Source of the DNA: the human T2T-CHM13v2.0 reference genome, Homo sapiens
Strand: one strand, 5' to 3'
Assembly (NCBI RefSeq): GCF_009914755.1
Contig: NC_060927.1
DNA: 64,000 nt
The notes under the pieces were generated by a model. The model did not search any database, was not told the DNA's origin, and saw only the letters and a list, made by a program, of their open reading frames with translations. Shown here piece by piece: positions 1-11,165 of this stretch (within the stretch, counting starts at the first letter, position 1; each line of letters starts with the position of its first letter). The translations under genes were made by a program, and so were the position numbers.

Positions 1-154
1 GAGTTGGGGACAACTTTGCCATTGGTTCTGCGTAGGTCCCCGTCCCTGTGAGGAAATTATTAAACATTTATCAGGACCCCAGTTTTATAGCAACAGAGGC
101 ACCAGGAAGGTTGTCAATTTAGGAGCAGCAGAGAATTATAAAAATACAAAAACC

Positions 155-178
155 AAAAAAAAAAAAAAAAAAAAACCA

Positions 179-216
<38 letters not shown>
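155..216 (+). repeat. A21 tract followed by (CA)n microsatellite
   Basis: A run at 155-175; CA repeat at about 182-216. Confidence 0.95.
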
Positions 217-220
<4 letters not shown>

Positions 221-433
221 AACAAAACACCAGGAACTGAGTTCCAGAACTGATGTGAAGAGTTTAGGAACTCTGGCAAAACCACCCACTAAAGTGTGAG
301 CAGGAGTGCAAGAGTTCCTTGAGTTTCCCTGAAATAAAGTTAGGATTGGTACTATCCTTTGGCTGGGGCTGAGCCTCTTGGGCACCTCTCAAGTCAAGTG
401 AGGTGAAGAAGGAGGCGAGTTCAAGAAAGTGAG

Positions 434-440
434 TGACTCA
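434..440. promoter_or_regulatory. AP-1 consensus site TGACTCA
   Basis: gagTGACTCAtcc in a unique, GC-richer segment; motif match only. Confidence 0.35.
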
Positions 441-1204
441 TCCCTTGAGCTGCAGGACTAGCAATGCTGCACAGAAGGGAGGGAAGGCAGCAAAGTAACA
501 GCATTGGTGTTGTACAGAGTTGAAGAGCAGCAATTAGAAACAGGGCAGGAGGAGTTTGAAAGCGTCACTGAAACAAAGCCTCCAGTGCAGCCTCTGGCAA
601 TACAGCAGAACCCTGAAGGAGTGGGGAACAACTGCGGCAGGCACACTGTGCTGGCACGCAGTTCAAAGCCATTCTTCAGCAGACTTGAGGAGGATAAAGT
701 TAAATCTTGATTTAATATTGCAAATAGTGACAGTCACATCAAACATTGTCTAGAATCACTAATCGAAAGATAGAGAGCCTGTGTGAAATAAGTAGGTTGG
801 ACAGGAGGATCCTGCTTTAGGTATCTTCTAGCTTGGAATTGTTAGGTTCCATCGGCTGAGTGCCATGTGAAAAGTTTCAAAGGTCCTACGTTGTTTGTTT
901 TTCCTCTCTTTTTAACTCCACTGCTGTGTGCCAATAATGATTCACAATTTGAGATTTCTATCACTGGAAGGGATCTTAGAGGTTATAAATACAATCTGTT
1001 CTGTATAAAAATAAAGAAATACAAGTCTCATCTCTTTAATTCCACAATGAAATACCTGAGTTCATGAATGATGTCTTATATTTGTCTTTAATTCTTTGTG
1101 CATCTAGCTTGATAATGAGGACATACTAGTCCTGAGCAAAAGAATGAATATGAGAATGGGCACAGAATATAAGTGGTGTTCATTACATAAAGTGCTGACG
1201 GCTT

Positions 1205-1295
1205 TGAGAAATGTGCCCTCTTCCCAGAAAACTACATGTAACATACTTTTAAAATTGCCTATAATTTCAGAGGACTCATGGATACCCTAGACAAA
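1205..1295. mobile_element. Ancient hAT-Charlie DNA transposon remnant
   Basis: ttgcctataatttcagaggactcatggatacc resembles the Charlie-type MER consensus; a related sequence in the opposite orientation lies at about 56330-56500. Confidence 0.45.
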
Positions 1296-2551
1296 ATATC
1301 TTTTGATATACCCCTTTCAGACCTTATCCATTACCTATCTGGATAGACACTATGTTCAGAGATAAAAGAAGTAAAATATAATTCTGGGGATGAATTTCTC
1401 TTGTGTAAAAAGGCTCAAAACTAATAAGGAAATGTGTTAAAATCTGCACACTGAGATGATATTTCAGGAAAGAGTTGTACCATTTTCTAAAAGAGATATA
1501 ACCTCAACACATCATTATTTAAAAGTCTGTAATTTAGTTACATTGATAATTATTTTTAGGATTTTGAGAGTTTCATGGGTGTGGCATATGATATTCACTG
1601 TTACTACTAACTCTCTAATCAGTTTATTTTCTCTTCCCTGAGCCAAGAACTAAACAGGATAGGAACCATTTTGGTAAATTTAGCTCAAAAATTTATATTT
1701 TCACTTAGCAGGTTGTATAAGTCATAGAAGAAATGTTACAAATTTTCTCTTGTTAAGTATAAGGAATGCTACAAATTTATAAATGTTCGATAACTATGAT
1801 ATAATTAGGATGGCTATAAAATCACATCTGAATATAATGGGATATTGGTGAAATATGGCTGTCTTTTCCTAGATCATACTTTTTAGTGCCCAGGATGACC
1901 AGATGATTCATATCAGGATGGAAAACAAGGACAGAGATAAGTGAGATGTATGATATCTCTAAATTTGCACTCTATTTACAGCTGACAGATGGGATAGGAG
2001 CCCTCGATTGCTGGGATAATGCCCACTGGTACCTCCTGACACTTCTCTACTAGAGGAATGTCTATGGGACCTAGATCAAGTTGGACAGCTCCTTGTCCCC
2101 TTCTCAGTTCTACAAAGAGAAGGCAGTTCTCAGCAGGGAGTGTTGGGAGTAGCTTTGTGGCAGCATGGCTTCTTCAACTGGCCCTAGAGTTATGAAAGCA
2201 AGCCCCTGCCACAGTTAAGATGCTCATCATCAATTATTTGGTAAGGATACAGATGCAATTAACATGATCATGGCTTCTTTCTTTCCTCATGATGTGTATC
2301 TGCTCCCTAAGAATGACTTCCTTTGTTTGATCAATAAGCATTTCTCAAATGACCATAAGAGAAGCACAAGGAGACAAAACAAAGAGTCCCTCTATTGGAG
2401 AAGCCAAAGATCCAGAAGGACAGAGATACATAGTGTTAACAGTGAGTTCAGAATAGAAGAATAAGATGTTACAGGAATGAGATTCGGCTGAGGTGGACAT
2501 CTTCCTTAGCCTAGAAAATCCATTTCCAAGAAAGTGTGACTTCAACTAAGG

Positions 2552-3720
2552 TTTTTTTTTTTAATGAGATATGATTCACATACCATAAAATTCACCATTT
2601 TAAATACTGTTTTTTGTAGCGTATTCACAGAGTTCTGCAAAAATCATCACTAATTCAACCTATTTTCATCACTCCCAAAAGAAACTCTGTACGCATTAGC
2701 AGTTGTTCCCCATTCTCTCCTCCCTCCAGCCCCTGGCAACTACTAATCACTGCTTTCTATAAATTCCCATACTCTGGATGTTTTCTATAAATGGAATCAT
2801 ACAATGTGTGGTTTTTCATGACTAACATATTTTATGTAGCATAATACTTTTAAGATTCATTCATGTTGTAGCAGGTATCAGTACTTTATTTCTTTGCATG
2901 GCTGAATACTATCCCATTGTGTTGATACACCACGTATTGTTTATCCATTTATCAGCTGATGGACATTTGGTCTTTTTTCACTTTTTGGCTGTTACAAATA
3001 ATCTTATTACAAATATTCACATATACGTTTTTGTGTGAACATATTATGCTTCTGATTCTCTTGGGCATGTACCTAAGAGTAGAATTGCTGGGTCATGTGG
3101 TAACTTTGTATTTAGTTGTTTGAAGAACTGACAAACTGTTTTCTATAGAGGATGCACTGTTTAAAATTCCCACCAGCAATATATATGAGATGTCCAAGTT
3201 TTCTATATCCTTTCTGTCACTTGTTATTTTTCTGTTGTGGTTTGTTATTTTTTAAAATTATAATAATCCCAGTATGACCCATTGTGATTTTTATTTTGTT
3301 GCCTATGCCAACATCATAGACATTTACACCTATGTTTCCTTCTAAGAGTTTTGTAGTTTTAGCTCTCACATTTAGGTCATTTTGAATTAATTTTTGTATA
3401 TGGTATGATGTAGGAGTCCAACTTTATTCTTTTGCATGTGGATAGCAAGTTGTCTCAGTACTGTTTGTTGAAAGATTATTCTTTTCCCATTGACTCTCTT
3501 GGCATTTTGTTGAAAATTATGCCAATTAAGCATAGATGTATGGGTTAATTTATGTATTATTTCTATTCATATTGATCTATATGTCTGTCCTTATACCAGT
3601 AATACACTGTCTAGGTTACTATAATTTTGTAGTAAGTTTTAAAATTGCTAAGAATGAGTTCTACAACTTTGTTCTTGTTTTGATAATTCTTAGTCTCTTA
3701 CATTTGCATATGAAGCATCT
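2552..3720 (-). mobile_element. L1MB-type LINE-1 3' end fragment
   Basis: ttcacataccataaaattcaccattt ... cccctggcaactactaatc ... aaatggaatcatacaat, continuing into ORF2-derived sequence. Confidence 0.85.
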
Positions 3721-4054
3721 ACTGTTTTAAAAGTCTTTGATGAAATGCTTTTAAAAAGAAGTGTCAGAAAAAAATATATATGAAGTCTATACATGTGATA
3801 GGTTTCAGATAAGAAGCTACACAATCACAAGCACTGAGATAAAAGGAGCAGGTACTTTGTGATTACTTGTGGGTGGAAAGTAGGATGGGGAGTTATGTGA
3901 GATAAGGATAAAATAATAAGCTGAGTCAGACCACAAAGCATCTGATCCTTAGGCAGCATTTTAACCGATAGGTAGTGAGCATTATTAAAGTTGATGACAA
4001 TCCTTGTTGTTTCAGTGTTAAGCTGATTACTCCCTCCTGGCATTTGCCAAATAT

Positions 4055-4057
<3 letters not shown>

Positions 4058-4085
<28 letters not shown>
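4058..4085 (+). repeat. (TG)n microsatellite
   Basis: Seen directly. Confidence 0.95.
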
Positions 4086-5206
4086 ATCACTATCTCAAAT
4101 AATACAGAGCTACATTTATACAAAGTGAATCAAGTCTCCGGAGGTGCTCTGGATATTTTATAGTTAATTTTCTAATGTAGATGTTCAAACAAACTGTAAT
4201 AGTGACTCTGACTTTCTTAAATTATGGCAATGACTAAAAAATAGCAATAAATCAAAAGAAAAATGCTTTCCATTATTTTTATTACTACCTTCCAACTTCC
4301 TTTTATGTTTCTTTGTTTCTGTTTTGCTGCCTAATCAAAACTTCACAACTGGTATTGTCCTCAGATACAGCTTTTCATCATGTCCAATGTTTGATCACCC
4401 AGGGTGAGGGAAGCTGTGACTTATACTTTAATCCTTTTGGAAAAGTCTAATACAATATGGTACCAATCAGTTACATGTGTCGCTTTAGTGTAGTGAAATT
4501 TAGCATAATATTTCTTTTAGATACCCCAGATTGAACAATAGTTTTAAAAGTTTAAAAACACATTTTCTGTAGTATGCATAAAAAATTCTGAGTAGTAGAA
4601 TTGTGTTAATAAGAAATAGCAGCCACTATTCTTTCTCTCAATAGTCTCATGCCAAATAACTTTCAAAGCAGTATATGCTTTGGGAAGTATAGAATTTTTC
4701 TATTGTGCACATTAAAAAAATGAAATTAGATGAATTATAATACCTTTCCCCTCTACCTACAATACATTGCCTGGTAATTTTTCTTAACAAACTATATATA
4801 GTTATTAAAACCCTTTGCTACAGCAGTAAATGCTTTGGCATATATAGAGTTTCTCCATTGCACACATGAAAAAAAATGAAGTTGGATGATTTAGAACACT
4901 TTTCCTCTCCACCTGTAATGCATTTCCTTGTTATTTTTCTTAACAAATTATATGTAGTAATTAAAGTGCTTTGCTATAGAAATTACAATACCTTAAAAAA
5001 CTTTCTGAATTGTGTTGATGTTCACCTTGACAGCCAAGAAACCAAGAAAAGATTAAATTATGGAAATTAAGCAAGGACACTTAGACAGATCCTTCTACAA
5101 TCTGCATTTCTTTGGTGATTTCTAGTTCACTGTGCCACCTTGTCTTTCATGCATTATGTGTAAGTCTTCTACGGGTCTGCCTGGAGTTCCTGTGTGTCTT
5201 GATCAT

Positions 5207-5207
<1 letters not shown>

Positions 5208-5247
<40 letters not shown>
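5208..5247 (+). repeat. T40 mononucleotide tract
   Basis: 40 consecutive T. Confidence 0.97.
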
Positions 5248-6469
5248 CCTTCCCACTGATCAAACTAGGAAACTGGGGTTGGGAAAAGATTGATAAAGAA
5301 GAATTGACAATGAAAATATGCCATGTATGCAGGGCAAAGTTAAAAAATAAAATTTCTGCTAAAACATATTAAAAGTGAAAGAGGGCAGTAGAAAGGCAAA
5401 AAACAGAATTACAAGTTGAATGAGCAAATCAATGAATGGAAACTGTGTTAGAGTGACCTATGTTTTTGTCTGTAAAGAGGAAAGAGAAAGCAACTAAACC
5501 AGTCTTCTTTAAAAAAAAAATTCTTCCTTCTATGCAGCAAGATGCTGTAGCTTATTTCATTCTGAAGTAAGTCCATTTCTGTCTCCTAAACCCAGTTCTG
5601 AAAAAATACTGGTTTAATACCGACAAGCAATCTGTTATTTTTTCTGCCAGAGTCACCCATGATCATGGACTGCTTTTATAAAATCCAGAAGAATTCTACT
5701 AGTGGTGAAGTAAGAGGTCAAAGTGTTTATGTGTTTGCACCCAGGTAGAGCCCATTGTATTTGGCAGTTTCTTTACCAGCTGCATAAAAATCAGCATTTC
5801 TTTCAACAGTACTTCTTTGGTTTCTACTTTGGAAGTTGACTTACATCCACCTTTTCAGCACACCTGGAATTCAGTAGTGCAAAGGACAGGAAGTCATGCT
5901 CTGGTTTTCTACTTTTACACAATATGGTAGAAGTAGACTACCACTACCACTACTTCTCCTTCTGGTTTCTACATTTACACAGTGGGATGTCTGCTGATCA
6001 AGGATGCCTAGTGCCCAGAGTAACTCCATAGATGGGGATGCAAGAAACCTGCCTTCTGCCAACCTCTTTCCCTTTGCCTTTTATGGGTTAATTGGAATTT
6101 TGGAAATAATTTGACATAACTTTAAAATTTTCATGTTTAAGTGTTTTTATCTTTTATCTTGGTATATATTATTTACCTGCTAACTATGGACTATTGACAC
6201 GTAAGATTATCGTGAAAATAAATGAAAGCACTGTTCCCTGCCTTATCCAGAAATGTTGGAGAAGTAGTTATGGATGGTACATTATTAATGCTGGTAACAA
6301 ACTAGATTTGTAAAACGTTTCAAGATTACAACTTTCATATTAATTTTTTATCATTTGATGTCAATTCTGAAAAACAATAATTTATTAACTACATTAGAAA
6401 TAAAATACTTTTATAAATGTTGTACAAGTATTTACGCTTACAACTTCATAACAATAAATGATGTACATA

Positions 6470-6645
6470 TTTTTATTATTATCGCTGTTATTAATCCCCA
6501 CTTTACAGATGAGGAAACTAGAACAAAAACATGTTAAGTAGGTATGTTAACATATTAGTACCCCAAATCATACAGATGATAATAGGTAGAAAAATTTAGA
6601 TTGAATTCAAGTGTTTTGAGTCCAAAGCCTATGCTGTTATTCATC
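6470..6645 (-). mobile_element. MIR SINE
   Basis: ccccactttacagatgaggaaact core; gagtccaaagcctatgct. Confidence 0.8.
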
Positions 6646-6660
6646 TTATTGTACAATCAA

Positions 6661-6841
6661 AGTAGGCTAGTCAGTCATACATTATTACCACCATTTTGAA
6701 AAAAATAAAAATTAAATAAATATAAGTAAGCTAGTCAGTTATATATTATTGTCACCATTTTGAAAAAAATAAATATAAGTAAGCTAGTCAGTTATATATT
6801 ATTGTCACCATTTTGAAAATAAATAAAAATTAAATAAATAT
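6661..6841 (+). repeat. Tandem triplication of a 53-64 bp unit
   Basis: agtaRgctagtcagtYataYattattRYcaccattttgaaaa repeated three times. Confidence 0.92.
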
Positions 6842-7024
6842 CAGATAAATTGAGTAACCTTCCTAAGGTACTAATACTTCATACGTTTTATTCCATGATT
6901 CCATGGAATCATGATTAATACTATAGCCAACCATTAAGAAGTACTCAGTGAATGTTTGTTAAATAATATTAAAAAGAAGTAAGGAAGGGATAATATTTTA
7001 GTACCGTCTGATGAATCTTCTTTT

Positions 7025-7032
7025 TGACGTCA
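7025..7032. promoter_or_regulatory. Full palindromic CRE TGACGTCA
   Basis: Exact consensus with an intact CpG; function unknown. Confidence 0.3.
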
Positions 7033-8339
7033 GTTTTTTTCCTAATATCATCCATACAATATTGGACCAGGGAATGAAGGCATCAAATACCACTTCTTAG
7101 AGAATGAGCGTGTGATGCAAAGGAAATTTCTTTCAGAGGAAAGGAGCTTTCTGTTGTAGGGCAAAGAGAGAGTAAAAGTAAGAGTGGTTTCTAAAATGGC
7201 ACTGTTGGTGTTCCAGATTCTGGAAAGAGATCACCTGGCAGGCACCACTCCAACTTGATCCCACACAGTGATCACAGTGGAGGAGAAATGGTAGCATGGT
7301 CTATTTGGGCAAAGAGAAGTACCAGAGTGACATTAAGAAGTCACCCATGGCATTTATGTAGCATGGAATGGAGCCCGCAATTCCATAGTGATTGTCAATA
7401 GGATGTTTAATAACCAGATGACACAAGGGAAATTGCTGTTGAGGCTTGCAAAATGATAGAAGACAGCAACATGATCTTCATGTGGATACCAGACCCACTT
7501 TCCTGCAGGGGCAATAAAAAGCTTCTCATTGAACCAAATACTGTCTTTGAAAATTTACCCTACCCAAAATAGTATTTACAAGAAACAGACTGTGATTTAT
7601 TTAATTGGCAAATTTGTTCTTCCAATTGTTCAGGGACAAAGGAAATTCATGAGAAAGTGTATATCAGCTGCAATAATGTTAAAAATTCAAGCTGCCTTTT
7701 TGTGCATATTTGACTGTAACATTTATATATTTTTCTTATCTCAGTGTAATTGTATTATATTTTTCTGAATATATAAATGAAATATATTCATTATAAAAAT
7801 TCAAACAGTATACAAAAATATGAATAAAAGAAGCCTTCTGAAATTCTGCCACACAGAGATAAACTTCACTGATTTTTTTTAGCCACTCTTTTCTGTATTT
7901 TTATACACACATGCATACACACAAACACACACACATATGAATATAAATTATAAACACAAATGCATGTACAAATATGCATGTGTGTAATGTATGATTTTAC
8001 CTAAATGGAATATATACATTCCATATGCTGTGCCCATCTTCCTCAATGAGCGCACCAAAAAACTTCGTCCTTACCCCACCATAGACAGTGAAATTTTCTT
8101 TCTTTTATTTCTATCTAAATGTGTTTTTACCTAACAAAAGATGCCCAGTGAAAATTAGGGTTTGACTTTTGTTAATTAACCTTTCTAGTGGGGTCAACAT
8201 TATGTTTATTATATACACAGGCAGTTAAAAAAATGGTCAAATTGGTTCAATGACCCCAAGATAGAATGACAAAAAGAAAACTGACATTTTTTCAGTTTCT
8301 GTGTGCTACGCTTAAAATCACACAATGTGAAACGACTTC

Positions 8340-8730
8340 AACCCTCTCATTTCACAGATAAAGAAACTGAGGTCGAGAGGGTTAAACGACTTGCTGGAGC
8401 TTAAATGGCTTAGAAGCAGAAACTGTGTTCCTTGTATGGATTTTGCTTCTTTGGCTCTATTCAAGAAACTAGATGCATGTTGTGAGTTGACCAACTACTT
8501 TACAAAACAAAATAAAAATAATAACTACAGTAACAGTAATCATTTATTGAGCATCTAAGAAATGTTAGAAACTGTGTTGGGCCTTTATACAAATTTAGTC
8601 TTGCGAGACAAGTATTACTTGTTAACATTTTATGGATGAGGAAGATAAGGTGCACAGAGGCAAGTCATTTGCTCATGTTAAGCAGCTCATGACTCTCAAG
8701 CCTGTGCTGCTGCTATTACATTGGGCTGCC
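8340..8730 (-). mobile_element. Two MIR fragments
   Basis: catttcacagataaagaaactgaggtc; catttattgagcatct ... catttatggatgaggaag-like cores. Confidence 0.7.
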
Positions 8731-9356
8731 TTCCAACACTAGCAGCACCCGGAACCGGCACACTGGTGACTCAGAGCTTGTTAAGCTACCCTCAGCATTA
8801 ATTTTCAGTTTTCAACTGATACTGCTGACATCTCTCCCTTTCGTCAAGTGGTGAATTCAGCCAAATAGGCCTTGAATTGTCTAATCTCTTTCCAATTGGC
8901 TAGCCCAGGATCCAGTAGCTGGTAAAGCAATTTTATGCTTTGTATTTTATAAACAGAATTGATGTGATGTAAATTGACTATTGACTATGCACTTACATAG
9001 GGTATTTAAAACTAAATATACTGGGTCTACCCCATAAGCCTTCATATTAGACTCAGAGCACAGAGGGATAAAATAGTGATTGAATCAGCTACTTTTAGAT
9101 TTGAAAGGAATATACTACACAATCACACAGCTAAGCTAAGGTGGGAAAGGAAAGAAAGCAAGCAGGCACTGTCATCTAGATAAATAACCCCGTCACCACC
9201 CCCCAAAATAACAATAAATGATGACAGTGATGATGATATGATCCATGTGATTTCTTGGTCATGGCTTTATGTCAAGATTTCCTTTAGAAAGTGAAATAAG
9301 TTTAGGTAACACACAGAACAAACACAGCAAGAATTGATGACTTAGACAATACCGAT

Positions 9357-9654
9357 TTCTTTTTTTATTGTTATTATACTTTAAGTTCTGGGGTACATGT
9401 GCAGACCTTGCAGATTTGTTACACAGGTATACACGTGCCATGGTGGTTTGCTGCCCCCATGAACCTGTTATCTACATTAGGTATTTCTCCTAATGCTATC
9501 CCTCCTCTAGCCGTGCAACCTCCAACAGGCCCCAGTATGTGATGTTCCCCTCCCTGTGTCCATGTGTTCTCATTGTTCAACTCCCACTTACAAGTGAGAA
9601 CATGCAGTGTTTGGTTTAGGTTTCCTGTGTTAGTTTGCTGAGAATGATGGCTTC
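9357..9654 (-). mobile_element. L1PA (about PA8-13) 3' UTR fragment
   Basis: tatactttaagttctggggtacatgtgcag ... gccatggtggtttgctgc ... tttgctgagaatgatggcttc. Confidence 0.92.
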
Positions 9655-9669
9655 AAAAAAAAAGGTTAG

Positions 9670-9941
<272 letters not shown>

Positions 9942-10030
9942 AAAAGGTTAGTTCTATACATAAAATACATTTTCTTACTTAGTAATGTTCCTAATTTAAA
10001 GAATACTTGTAGAGGATTACCATAGACTTG

Positions 10031-10484
10031 TGTATTAATTTTCTAGGGTTGCCATAATAAATTATCACAAACCAAATAGTATTCAATACTGGAAAAATGT
10101 TCTCTCACAATTCTGGAGGTTACATGTCCAAAATCAAGGTGTTGGCAGGGCCATGTTCCCCCTGAAGGTTCTAGGGTAGGATCCTCCCTTGCATCTTCCC
10201 AGACTCCTGCAGTTGTCAACACTCCGTGGTGTTCCTTGACTTGCTGCCTCACTCTAATTTCTGCCTCCATCTCCCCATGGCTGTGTTCCTTCTGTGTGTG
10301 ACGGTCTCTATGGTTTTTCTTTAAGGATACTAGTGATTGGATTTAGGGCCACCCTAATCTGTATAACTTACATCTTAATTACATCTGCAAAGACTCTTTT
10401 TCTTAAGAGGGCCACATTCACAGGTTACTGGAGGTAGGACTTCGACACACCGTTTTGGGGAACACAATTCAATCCGTTATAACG
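10031..10484 (-). mobile_element. MLT1C-like MaLR solo LTR
   Basis: tgtatt..ttctagggttgccataa ... ccaaaatcaaggtgttggcagggccatg ... ggggaacacaattcaatcc. Confidence 0.88.
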
Positions 10485-10699
10485 TGTATCTATTTTTAAT
10501 TGAATTTTTGCATGATTACAGAATAACCGTTTATAAAGTTTTGAAAACCCAGAAGCAAAAAGAAGAAAATAAAGCATCCCTGTTAATCTTACCAAATGGA
10601 TACTTATTCTAGTTTTTACATTTTCCCTATGCATATACGTAGAGGAACACACATACATAGTTGAGTTTCTTTTTCTTTTAATTAGTCTTTTGTGGGGGA

Positions 10700-11165
10700 C
10701 ATGTTGTTGTACTATGGATATATAGGGGTGACTGAAAACATGGCCCCCACCATCAGAGAATAAGAATGAAAGAGAGAGAGAGAATCCTAATCACACAAAT
10801 AAACACATAATTCCACTGGACAACTGCTATTAAAAAAAAAAAAAAAAAAAGATGTCCAGTGTAATCCTAGCTTGTTCCAGAGACTGAGGAAAGCAGTTGA
10901 ACCCAGATCTGAAGTATGTTAAGCAACAACTATGTGGATAAGAAAGAGTGAGACCTACTAAACAGGGGAGGTGCATGTACCAAGGCCAGGTGGCAGGAAG
11001 TAGCAGGCCAAAGAAGAAATTCACAAAAAACCACAGAGACTAGAGTGTGCGGAGGGGGAAATGAGGCATAAAGCTTTAATTCAAGAGGTAACTGGAAAAG
11101 GCCCATAGGCCATGTTAAGAAAGAAATTCTGTCTTCATCCCAAAAGCTTGGGGAAGTCACTGAAC
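10700..11165 (-). mobile_element. L2 fragment with internal A19 tract
   Basis: aggcccataggccatgttaag ... ggggaagtcactgaa, typical L2 motifs. Confidence 0.6.

Noticed and set aside
504-710. 68-aa ORF with protein-like composition
   Set aside because: Non-ATG start, no splice context or recognisable homology
6661-6841. Tandem units as a CRISPR-like array
   Set aside because: No unique spacers, primate DNA, no cas genes; the same applies to 30855-31220 and 53038-53231
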